Position numbers and translations under genes: made by a program. Positions 20,837-29,840 of a DNA stretch of 32,000 nt are shown here, piece after piece (position 1 is the first letter of the stretch; each line of letters starts with the position of its first letter). Below the pieces are notes generated by a model that was not told the origin of the DNA, did not search any database, and saw nothing but the letters and a program-made list of their open reading frames with translations. The stretch is from the NCBI RefSeq assembly GCF_023585745.1, contig NZ_CP097762.1, positions 240,001 to 272,000 on the forward strand, read 5' to 3'. This DNA comes from Candidatus Saccharimonadota bacterium (GTDB lineage: Bacteria > Pseudomonadota > Gammaproteobacteria > Enterobacterales > Enterobacteriaceae).

Positions 20837-22036
20837 ATGTCTATTGTTATACATGGCGGTGGCATGACAGGAGCAATATTAGCTTTCATGCTACATAAAT
20901 TAACTCAAGGAAATTTAACAATATCCTTGATAGATCAATGTTCTCCATACACTTATGATATGCAATCATCTACAAAAACTACACCGCCTGATGTTGTTGC
21001 ATTATCTAGAGGAGCATATTATGAATTGATAAAAATTGATATGTATCCAATGCTAAATTCTTGCACTACTGCTATAAAAAAAATAGAAATTAATGCACAT
21101 AATCAAAACAATACTGTATTTATTAACGCAACAGATTATAATCTATCGGAATTAGGATATGTTATTGAATTAAATACTTTCAGAAAAAACTTATTTGATT
21201 TTTTATATAAAAAATCAAATGTAAATATATTTTGCCCTGCTACATTAAAAACAATAAAACGTGAAAAAAAAAATAATTTAATTATATTAAATAATGATCA
21301 TCAAATAATTTCAAAACTAGTAATTGCGGCAGATGGATCACAGTCTAAATTAGCCACTAATTGTGGAATACAATGGTTTAAAAAAAATTATCATCAGATT
21401 GCTATAATGGCTAAAATTTCTACTGAGATTCCTCATCATGGATGCGCTTTTGAAAAATTTACAGAATATGGCCCGTTAGCAATATTACCAACTTCTAATA
21501 ATTTTAGTTACCTAATTTGGTGTATTTCTTATAAAGAAAAAAAAAATATATCTAAATGGAATACACATAAACTTTCTCAAGAATTTCAAAAAATATTTGG
21601 ACAAAAATTAGGAAAAATATTAAATATAGGGACACAACATTTTCATAATCTCTGGCTAATATATGCTAAAAATCATATTTCTCATAGATTAGCTCTGGTA
21701 GGAAATGCTGCGCAAAAACTACACCCTATTGCAGGACAAGGTTTAAATTTGGGGCTACGTGACATAGTCATTTTATCTAAAATAATTAAAAACGCATTAA
21801 ACAACAATATAGATATTGGAGATTATTCCGTATTAAGTACATACCAAAAATACAGACTATCAGATCAACGTAGCACTATTCTGTTTACCGATGGGTTAAT
21901 ACGTTTATTTAGTAACCATTGTTTACCAGTAATTATTGCACGAAATATGGGATTATTTTTAATTAGCTGTAATTCTTATTTACGCAATCTCTTAGTATAC
22001 AAAATGCTAAATTGGAAAACTAACCAAATTTCGTAA
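20837..22036 (+). CDS. ubiH: 2-octaprenyl-6-methoxyphenol hydroxylase (FAD monooxygenase)
   Basis: 399-aa ORF starting MSIVIHGGGMTGA (GxGxxG intact), with AADG..S and LVGNAAQKLHPIAGQGLNLGLRD, as in E. coli UbiH. Confidence 0.93.
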   Translation: MSIVIHGGGMTGAILAFMLHKLTQGNLTISLIDQCSPYTYDMQSSTKTTPPDVVALSRGAYYELIKIDMYPMLNSCTTAIKKIEINAHNQNNTVFINATDYNLSELGYVIELNTFRKNLFDFLYKKSNVNIFCPATLKTIKREKKNNLIILNNDHQIISKLVIAADGSQSKLATNCGIQWFKKNYHQIAIMAKISTEIPHHGCAFEKFTEYGPLAILPTSNNFSYLIWCISYKEKKNISKWNTHKLSQEFQKIFGQKLGKILNIGTQHFHNLWLIYAKNHISHRLALVGNAAQKLHPIAGQGLNLGLRDIVILSKIIKNALNNNIDIGDYSVLSTYQKYRLSDQRSTILFTDGLIRLFSNHCLPVIIARNMGLFLISCNSYLRNLLVYKMLNWKTNQIS

Positions 22037-22050
22037 CAATCTATAATAAT

Positions 22051-23268
22051 ATGAAAAACTTTGATATTTTAATTATAAATAAAGGAATTGCTGGATTAGC
22101 ATTAGCTTGTGGTTTAAAAAATTATTTTCGTATTGCTATAATAGAACATAAACTCAAAACACATATAAATCCTGTGTCAAAACTACTTAATGTTAAAACA
22201 TCTGTATTAATTAATATTACTAGCGCAAAAATACTCAGTTATTTAAACACTTGGAACAAAAATACTACATACCCTTATAATATAATTTCTAAACTAGAGA
22301 TTACTCAAAATTATAACACAAAAAAAATTATTTTTAATTCTGGTCATTTAGGTTACCCTGAACTAGGTTATATTAGTGATTATAATCATATTTATAATTC
22401 TTTGATAAAAGAAGCGCAAAAATCACAAAACATTTTTTTTATAAATACAAAAATACCTAATACAATAAATTACTATAAAGATGCAGCATTAATTGAAATA
22501 AAAAATTATCCTATATTTAAAGTTAAATTAGTAATAGGATCTGATGGAATTAATTCTTGGACAAGAAAAAATGCAAACTTTCCCTTAATATTTAAGGACA
22601 AAAAATACTATGAATTTCACACCACTATTTATACAGAAAAACAACACAAAAACACATTGAGATATATAAGCCATGATAACAGTTTACTTATTTTATTACC
22701 ACTAAATCACACTAATTTATCTGCTGTATTTTGGTTATTACCGACCAACATAGGTATAAAATATTTTTTTAAAAATATATCTAAAGAACATATTAATTCT
22801 GATCTAACAAAAATCTGCGCCATGCTAGGCCATTGCTATATATATAATGATATACCATCATATAAAATATTCTTGCCAAGAATTCAATATGCATACAAAT
22901 TTGTGCAGAGTCGTTTGATCCTCATAGGAAACGCTGCTTATACTATAAGTCCATTTCCTTTCCAAGATATTAACATAGAACTTATAGAGGCTATAACATT
23001 ATTAAATTATTTAAAAAAATTAAAGAAAAACAACAAAGACATTGGACATTATACATATTTAAAAGATTACGAATACCATAAAAAATATCAAATTTTTAAA
23101 TACTTTACAAAATTATCAAATATTTTTCCTTTATCACAAAGGAACAATTACATTTCATTGTACACTCAAAATTTCATGTTTAATATTATACAAACTATAC
23201 CCTCTTTAAAAACTAATATACTAAATCAAATCATGGGTCTAGATGTTATGCCAACTTGGTTGTTATAA
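22051..23268 (+). CDS. ubiI: UbiI/VisC-type FAD-dependent ubiquinone hydroxylase paralogue; intact ORF with degenerate cofactor motifs
   Basis: 405-aa ORF directly after ubiH, which is the visC position in E. coli. Colinear blocks are LVIGSDGINSW.R, SHRL.L.GNAA, KDIG.Y.YL..YE and MGL...P.WL. See the finding on motif erosion. Confidence 0.85.
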   Translation: MKNFDILIINKGIAGLALACGLKNYFRIAIIEHKLKTHINPVSKLLNVKTSVLINITSAKILSYLNTWNKNTTYPYNIISKLEITQNYNTKKIIFNSGHLGYPELGYISDYNHIYNSLIKEAQKSQNIFFINTKIPNTINYYKDAALIEIKNYPIFKVKLVIGSDGINSWTRKNANFPLIFKDKKYYEFHTTIYTEKQHKNTLRYISHDNSLLILLPLNHTNLSAVFWLLPTNIGIKYFFKNISKEHINSDLTKICAMLGHCYIYNDIPSYKIFLPRIQYAYKFVQSRLILIGNAAYTISPFPFQDINIELIEAITLLNYLKKLKKNNKDIGHYTYLKDYEYHKKYQIFKYFTKLSNIFPLSQRNNYISLYTQNFMFNIIQTIPSLKTNILNQIMGLDVMPTWLL

Positions 23269-23285
23269 TGTCAACTAAATATAAT

Positions 23286-23325
23286 ACATATAACCATACT
23301 AGGTATGGTTATATGTATGTTTTTT
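23286..23325 (+). terminator. Intrinsic terminator between convergent ubiI and ygfZ: 14-bp perfect stem, 3-nt loop, T6
   Basis: ACATATAACCATAC (23286..23299), TAG, then GTATGGTTATATGT (23303..23316), followed by ATG and TTTTTT (23320..23325). It starts 18 nt after the ubiI stop. The loop and right arm overlap the stop codon and last codons of ygfZ on the other strand. Confidence 0.55.
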
Positions 23326-24336
23326 ATCAACATTAAAAATGATAAAACTATTACTATTATTTATATTAACCAATTTTAATTCTAAACACTCCGATATTGG
23401 ACGATCTAATACTGCCTGTATCCACAAAATATTACTATTTTTAATTTGGCAAACCTGTAATATAACACCAATATTTCTCCAATTTCGGTCATTCATTTTA
23501 AACTCTATCAAATCTCCAGAACTAGGCAACGAATAACTAGTAATAACTTGAATTATCTCACCAGTTAACCAATACAATACTTTCTTATTATGTCCACGAT
23601 ACTGAAGACGCGCAATAGACTCTTGACCAAGATAACAACCTTTATTAAAACTAATACCTTTTAAAATATCCATATTAATAGCCTGAGGAAAAAATAACTC
23701 GCTATTAACTAAATCAATAATGGGATATCCTGATTCTATATCTAATAATTCCCATTGACAGCTATTATTAAATTGCATACATAATTTTAATTTATTTATT
23801 AAATTATTAAATATTGATATTTCATAAAAAACTAATAAAAATCTTTCTATTGGAGAATTAAAATATAATATGGTAACACCGTAATTATGTACTACAGAAT
23901 ACATTTTATTTGGTAAAATTGAAAAAAAATCACTTAAATACTTTCTTATATTTAATCCTGCAGCACCAATAAGTATTTCCTTACAATTACTCACAATAGT
24001 AACATCTGAAAATATTGCATACTTTTTCATCATTGAAATTTGTTTATTATATATACTCTTCCTACATATAAATGCTATTTCTTTATGAGTGATATAAAAA
24101 ACATACACACTACTAAAAACTTTTCCATTTAAATTACAATATGCAGAAAAACTATATTTAGCAATATCTAAATTTTTAATATCACAAGTAAATTGGTCAT
24201 TTAAATATTGTATAGAATCATGCCCATGTAATCTGACTAACACCCATTTTTCTAAAGAAATTAATGTTGATAATAGCTCCTGTGAAGGTATAAGACCCTG
24301 ATGGGGAAACACTGCGTCGTTACACAATACTAACAC
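23299..24336 (-). CDS. ygfZ: tRNA-modifying / Fe-S cluster repair folate-binding protein YgfZ
   Basis: 345-aa ORF with KKYA.FS.VTI, W.LLDIE.G.P.ID and the signature SF.KGCY.GQE..AR...RG..K. The track start is a GTG immediately abutting AGGAG. An in-frame TTG at 24327..24325, 8 nt after that AGGAG (24340..24336), looks like the better start. Confidence 0.88.
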   Translation of the reverse strand: MLVLCNDAVFPHQGLIPSQELLSTLISLEKWVLVRLHGHDSIQYLNDQFTCDIKNLDIAKYSFSAYCNLNGKVFSSVYVFYITHKEIAFICRKSIYNKQISMMKKYAIFSDVTIVSNCKEILIGAAGLNIRKYLSDFFSILPNKMYSVVHNYGVTILYFNSPIERFLLVFYEISIFNNLINKLKLCMQFNNSCQWELLDIESGYPIIDLVNSELFFPQAINMDILKGISFNKGCYLGQESIARLQYRGHNKKVLYWLTGEIIQVITSYSLPSSGDLIEFKMNDRNWRNIGVILQVCQIKNSNILWIQAVLDRPISECLELKLVNINNSNSFIIFNVDKKHTYNHT

Positions 24337-24490
24337 TCCTATAAAAATATAAGTATTTCATAATATTTGTATTAAATAAGACACCACCACTACAACACAA
24401 ATATTTCTTAAAAAATATTACAAAAACACTCGAGTTGCATATCTTATAGTACAATAGTTTTCTTGTAAAAACACTGATTTATAATATCAA

Positions 24491-24525
24491 TTATCAATAA
24501 ATAATCTGATATTATTTATTGATAA
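24491..24525. repeat. Perfect 15-bp inverted repeat with a 5-nt spacer in the divergent ygfZ/prfB control region
   Basis: TTATCAATAAATAAT (24491..24505), CTGAT, then ATTATTTATTGATAA (24511..24525). There is no adjacent T-run on either strand, so it is not terminator-like. Confidence 0.6.
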
Positions 24526-24699
24526 AAGTACTTTATACTAAAAATATAAATATAAATTTATCTAAAATTAATATATAATTAAAATATATACTTGTGTTTT
24601 AGATTATCATATATAAATATTAATAATAATCAAATCCAAATACATACATTATTTGATAAACATCAGCTGTTATATAAATAAAATAATCGGACAATATTT

Positions 24700-25816
24700 A
24701 TGACAGATAAAAATATAATTAAACAAAATATTCTTAATATCCTAAGAAGGATATTAAATTTTAAGGATAGTTTTTAACTATGCACTGAAAAAAAAACATT
24801 TACATGTCACAAATTTTAAATTAAAATCATCCAATATTTGGAACAATATGCAGATAGCAAAGACTTTATCTCAAAAATATTCTTCTTTAAAAATTACCAT
24901 TAATACTATAGATCAACTTTCTAAAAATATAGATGACTTAAATAGTATTCTAGAACTTACAGAAAAACATGATCACCAATTATTGAATGAAATTCAAACT
25001 CAATTAACTAAAGCAGAGCATACAATATCACAATTAGAAATTAACAACATGTTTTTGGGAAAATATGATAATAATAACTGCTATATTGATATTCAATCAG
25101 GATCTGGCGGCATAGAAGCACAAGATTGGTCTAGGATATTGTTACGCATGTATTTACGTTGGATAGAAAAAAAAGGATTTGACACTGAAATTACTAATGA
25201 ATCAATTGGAGAAATTACTGGAATAAAATCTGCTACTGTACGCGTTAGTGGTGCGTATGCTTATGGATGGCTACATGTGGAATCTGGAGTACATAGATTA
25301 GTGAGAAAAAGCCCTTTCGATTCCTCTAAAAAACGTCATACCTCATTCGCTTCAATATTTGTATATCCAGAATTAGATGAAAGCGTAGATATTAATCTAC
25401 GTCCAGAAGATATTCGTTACGATGTTTATCGTGCCTCTGGAGCAGGTGGACAACATGTTAATCGCACAGAATCTGCAGTGCGAGTCACACATATACCAAC
25501 AAATATTGTAACTCAATGCCAAAGTCATCGTTCTCAACATAAGAATAAGAGGCAAGCTATTAAACAACTTAAATCTAAGCTATATGAACTGGAACTACAA
25601 AAAAAACGCCACGAAAAACAAATAATAAATAAAAAAAAATCTGATATTACTTGGGGTAACCAAATAAGATCTTATATTTTAGATAATTCTAGAATTAAAG
25701 ATTTACGTACAGGTTTTGAAAAACGAAATGTTAAAGATGTTTTAGACGGAGATCTAGATGATTTTATAAAAATCAGTATAGAAAAATATTCTAAAGAATT
25801 TAATAATAATGATTAA
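24700..25816 (+). CDS. prfB: Peptide chain release factor 2, requiring a programmed +1 frameshift: join(24700..24774, 24776..25816)
   Basis: Frame 0 from ATG 24700 gives 25 codons ([25 protein letters not shown]), then TAA at 24775..24777. The +1 frame from 24776 gives [29 protein letters not shown]..., which runs into the track ORF (24848..25816). That ORF carries the SPF (KSPFDS) and GGQ ([16 protein letters not shown]) motifs. The 25-codon leader has the same length as in E. coli RF2. Confidence 0.93.
24763..24778 (+). other. prfB +1 recoding site: SD-like AAGGAT, AGT, then shift codon and stop TTT TAA C
   Basis: AAG GAT AGT TTT TAA C. The SD-like AAGGAT lies 3 nt 5' of the P-site codon, the same spacing as AGGGGG-UAU-CUU-UGA in E. 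coli. The T5 run (24771..24775) lets tRNA-Phe re-pair perfectly in the +1 frame. Confidence 0.8.
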
Positions 25817-27341
25817 ATGTATACACTCGAAAAAACAATCTAATAAAACATTATATACTAATGATATATTAAGTGTTCGACAAGAAAAATTATCAAACAT
25901 TCGAAAAACAGGAATTGCTTTCCCAAATGATTTTCGACGAAATTCCACTTCTAATCAATTGTATAAAAAATATGCACACAAATCTAAATTAGAATTACAA
26001 CGTATAAATATTGAAGTAAGTGTAGCTGGACGTATAATAAGCCAACGCATTATGGGAAAAGCCTCTTTCATAACTCTGCAAGATTTTGGCGGAAACATAC
26101 AATTATATATTACTGTTGACTCATTAAAGAATAATGCATATGAAAAAAATATAAAACAATGGGATTTAGGAGATATATTAGGTGCTACAGGTGTTTTATT
26201 TAAAACACGTACTGAGGAATTATCAATATATTGTAATAAAATCAAACTATTAACTAAATCATTACGCCCACTTCCAGATAAATTTTATGGATTAAACAAT
26301 CAAGAAAAAAAATATCGTCAAAGATATTTAGATCTAATTATCAATAACAATTCTAAAGAAATATTTAAAACACGTTCTTTAATAATTGCTAATATTCGAG
26401 AATTTATGCAAAAAAATGATTTTATAGAGGTTGAGACCCCAATGATGCACATGCATGCAGGAGGCGCCAACGCAAATCCCTTTATCACACATCATAATAA
26501 ATTCGGAGTTAAAATGTATTTACGTATAGCTCCTGAATTATATTTAAAACAACTTATAATCGGTGGGTTTGAACGTATATTTGAAATTAACCGAAATTTC
26601 CGTAATGAAGGATTGTCACCCCATCATAACCCCGAATTTACAATGATGGAAATATATATGGCCTATGCAGATTATCAAGATATAATAATATTAGTACAAC
26701 ATTTATTACGTTCATTAACACAAACAATATTAGGACATAGTATTGTAAAATACGGAAATCACCAATTAAACTTTCAAGATCCTTTTACGCAAATCACTAT
26801 AAAAAATGCTATTTCTTACTACCTGCCAAATACTAAAAATAAAAATATAGATGATATACACGCTATTTCCACTATTGCGGCATCATTTGGAATACAAGTC
26901 AACAATCATTGGACTATAAATGAAATACAAATGGCTATTTTTGAAGAAATAATAGCAAAAAAAATTATTCAACCTACTTGTGTGACTACTTATCCGATAG
27001 AAATATCTACATTAGCGCGTCGTAACGACAATAATCCGCAATATGCTGATCGTTTTGAACTATTCATTGCAGGTCAAGAAATAGGTAATGGATTTTCAGA
27101 ATTAAATGATCCAGAAGATCAAAAAGAACGTTTTTTGAAACAAAATAAAACAAAAATAAATAATATCACTGAAAAAAACAATAATACACCATACTATGAT
27201 GCAGATTATATAACTGCATTAGAATACGGATTACCTCCTACTGCAGGAGTGGGGATAGGAATAGATCGGTTAGTCATGTTATTAACTGATACACATACTA
27301 TCCGAGATGTAATACTATTTCCTACACTTCGCCCCAGATAA
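25809..27341 (+). CDS. lysS: Lysine--tRNA ligase (class II)
   Basis: 510-aa ORF, colinear with E. coli LysS ([72 protein letters not shown]). The start overlaps the prfB stop by 8 nt (ATGATTAA). Confidence 0.97.
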   Translation: MIKCIHSKKQSNKTLYTNDILSVRQEKLSNIRKTGIAFPNDFRRNSTSNQLYKKYAHKSKLELQRINIEVSVAGRIISQRIMGKASFITLQDFGGNIQLYITVDSLKNNAYEKNIKQWDLGDILGATGVLFKTRTEELSIYCNKIKLLTKSLRPLPDKFYGLNNQEKKYRQRYLDLIINNNSKEIFKTRSLIIANIREFMQKNDFIEVETPMMHMHAGGANANPFITHHNKFGVKMYLRIAPELYLKQLIIGGFERIFEINRNFRNEGLSPHHNPEFTMMEIYMAYADYQDIIILVQHLLRSLTQTILGHSIVKYGNHQLNFQDPFTQITIKNAISYYLPNTKNKNIDDIHAISTIAASFGIQVNNHWTINEIQMAIFEEIIAKKIIQPTCVTTYPIEISTLARRNDNNPQYADRFELFIAGQEIGNGFSELNDPEDQKERFLKQNKTKINNITEKNNNTPYYDADYITALEYGLPPTAGVGIGIDRLVMLLTDTHTIRDVILFPTLRPR

Positions 27342-27436
27342 AATTTTTATACTAAATATACTTATAATTATGTAATAACATATTATCACTTATATAAAAA
27401 TAAGTATATTAAAATAAACTTATACTTATAAATATA

Positions 27437-27474
27437 ACATATCTTATATCACATAAGATATGTGTTCTTTATTT
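27437..27474 (+). terminator. Candidate intrinsic terminator of prfB-lysS
   Basis: ACATATCTTAT (27437..27447) pairs perfectly with ATAAGATATGT (27453..27463) across a 5-nt loop ATCAC, and is followed by GTTCTTTATTT. It lies 96 nt after the lysS stop and about 40 nt before lysA. Confidence 0.45.
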
Positions 27475-27513
27475 AAAATATAAATCTCAATAGACTAATA
27501 TTAAATATATAAT

Positions 27514-28782
27514 ATGATACATAATACTAACACTAAAACAAAACTCTTTAATTCTAACGACTTAAAAAAACTTTATCAACAATATGATGGACCTGTCTGG
27601 GTATATAACGCATCTGTTATAATAAATCGTATTAAAAAATTGAAAAAATTCGATATTATACGATTCGCTCAAAAATCTTGTTCTAATATTCATATTTTAA
27701 AATTAATGCGTAATTACGGAGTAAAAGTAGATGCTGTTTCTTTGGGAGAAATAGAACGGGCAATACTAGCTGGATTCAAAACAGGCATAGGAAATAATGA
27801 AATAATTTTTACTGCTGATATTTTAAATACAGAAACATTATCCAAAATACTAGCATTAAATATTACTGTTAATATCGGCTCAATAGACATGTTGAAACAA
27901 TTGGGAGATCGTTCTCCAAAACATAAAATATGGTTACGTATTAATCCAGGTTTTGGATATGGACACAGTAAAAAAACTAATACTGGAGGACCAAATAGTA
28001 AACATGGTATTTGGTATTCAGATATTCCAAAAGCTTTATCTTATATATATCGTTATAATTTAAATTTAATTGGATTACATATGCATATTGGATCTGGAAT
28101 ACATTTTAAACAATTATCTAAAGTTTGCTCCGCTATGACTAAACAAATAGAAACATATAAAATAGACGTAAAAGTTATTTCAGCAGGGGGCGGAATAACT
28201 ATTCCTTATCACCATAATGATACAATTATCAATATAAATGATTACTTTTATTTATGGAATGAAACTAGAACACATATTAGTAAATATTTAGGACATAAAG
28301 TTACATTAGAAATAGAACCAGGAAGATTTCTAGTAGCTGAGTCAGGGATATTAATTGCACAAATTAGAGCTGTAAAAAATACAGGAAATCGTCATTTCAT
28401 ATTAATCGATGCTGGATATAATGATTTAATGCGTCCAGTTATGTACGGTAGTTATCATCATATTTCAATAATTCCTGGAGACAATAGAAATATCACAACA
28501 GAACCACTACGTGATACGATAGTCGGAGGACCATTATGTGAATCAGGTGATATTTTTACACAAAATAAAACAGGCAACGTTTTAACGCGAAAATTACCAA
28601 GCTCAGCAAAAGTAGGAGATTACTTAGTGTTTCACGATACTGGAGCATATGGAGCGTCTATGTCTTCTAATTACAATACTAGACCATTATTACCCGAAGT
28701 TTTATTTGAAAATGGAGAAATTCGACAAATTAGACGAAAACAAAAGTTATCAGATCTTTTTATGTTAGAAATAACAGAATAA
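27514..28782 (+). CDS. lysA: Diaminopimelate decarboxylase
   Basis: 422-aa ORF, colinear with E. coli LysA (PVWVY, RFAQK.CSNIHIL.LMR..GVKVD.VSLGEIERA, WLR.NPGFG.GHS.KTNTGG.NSKHGIW, EIEPGRFLVA, GPLCESGD.FTQ, HDTGAYGASMSSNYN.RPLLPEVLF). Confidence 0.97.
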   Translation: MIHNTNTKTKLFNSNDLKKLYQQYDGPVWVYNASVIINRIKKLKKFDIIRFAQKSCSNIHILKLMRNYGVKVDAVSLGEIERAILAGFKTGIGNNEIIFTADILNTETLSKILALNITVNIGSIDMLKQLGDRSPKHKIWLRINPGFGYGHSKKTNTGGPNSKHGIWYSDIPKALSYIYRYNLNLIGLHMHIGSGIHFKQLSKVCSAMTKQIETYKIDVKVISAGGGITIPYHHNDTIININDYFYLWNETRTHISKYLGHKVTLEIEPGRFLVAESGILIAQIRAVKNTGNRHFILIDAGYNDLMRPVMYGSYHHISIIPGDNRNITTEPLRDTIVGGPLCESGDIFTQNKTGNVLTRKLPSSAKVGDYLVFHDTGAYGASMSSNYNTRPLLPEVLFENGEIRQIRRKQKLSDLFMLEITE

Positions 28783-29252
28783 TTTCTTAAAAATTATTTA
28801 TTTAATGAAGTATTTAATGAGGATCACAGTATATATATTTAATGTTTCAATAAAATACTTACTGAGTATAAGCATTATTACTAATAATATAACTAAATAA
28901 CTTAACAAAACTATTAATGATTAAAGATTTAATAAAATACTAACCATACAAAGTAGTTAACACTAAATTAGTTACATTTAATAAAAATATTTAACTTAAA
29001 ATAAATTATGCCTTATATACCACAATTATTTCTTAAAATATTTAACAAAAATAAAATTAATATTCTTTATAATTAAAATATTCAAAAAAATCCATAATAT
29101 GACTTTAAAATAATTAAAACCAAAATGACTTGAATTAAATTCAATAAACAGATACTATTCGAATAAATTATTGGATAAATCTCAAGATTGTTGAATCATA
29201 TAAAATATGAATAATTTTACTATAGTTTTTATAATAAAAATAGGAAAACATA

Positions 29253-29747
29253 GTGATTGACAATCACGGTTACCGATTAAATGTTGGTATTGTTTTATGT
29301 AACACTCATAAGAAAGTGTTATGGGCTAGAAAAAAATCTAAACAAAATAATTATTATTGGCAATTCCCACAAGGTGGAATCAATTTCGGAGAAACTCCCA
29401 AACAAGCAATGTATAGAGAATTATTTGAAGAAATAGGCTTAAATTATAAAGATGTATGTATCTTGTCTACAACAAGGTATTGGATACATTATAAATTACC
29501 TAAAAAATTAATTCGTAAGAATATTAACCCAATTTGTTTAGGACAAAAACAAAAGTGGTTTTTGCTAAAACTTAAATCTAAAGATTCAAAAATTAATGTA
29601 TATAATCAAAAAAATTATACTTTCGATCAATGGAAATGGGTAAGTATATGGTATCCCATAAGACAAGTTGTATTCTTCAAAAGAAACGTATATAAAAGAA
29701 TCATACAAGATTTTTCTAATACTATTGGATCACTTAAGTTCTCATAA
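29253..29747 (+). CDS. rppH: RNA pyrophosphohydrolase (Nudix)
   Basis: 164-aa ORF starting MIDNHGYRLNVGIV.CN, with the Nudix box WQFPQGGI..GE...QAMYRELFEEIGL and GQKQKWFLL. GTG start at 29253, with AGGA 7 nt upstream. Confidence 0.94.
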   Translation: MIDNHGYRLNVGIVLCNTHKKVLWARKKSKQNNYYWQFPQGGINFGETPKQAMYRELFEEIGLNYKDVCILSTTRYWIHYKLPKKLIRKNINPICLGQKQKWFLLKLKSKDSKINVYNQKNYTFDQWKWVSIWYPIRQVVFFKRNVYKRIIQDFSNTIGSLKFS

Positions 29748-29840
29748 AACTCACTTAAAATTTTTTAAAAAAATATTTTAAATTTAAAATCTATTATGTT
29801 AATAACATTAACACTCTACTAATTTTAATTATCAAATAAC

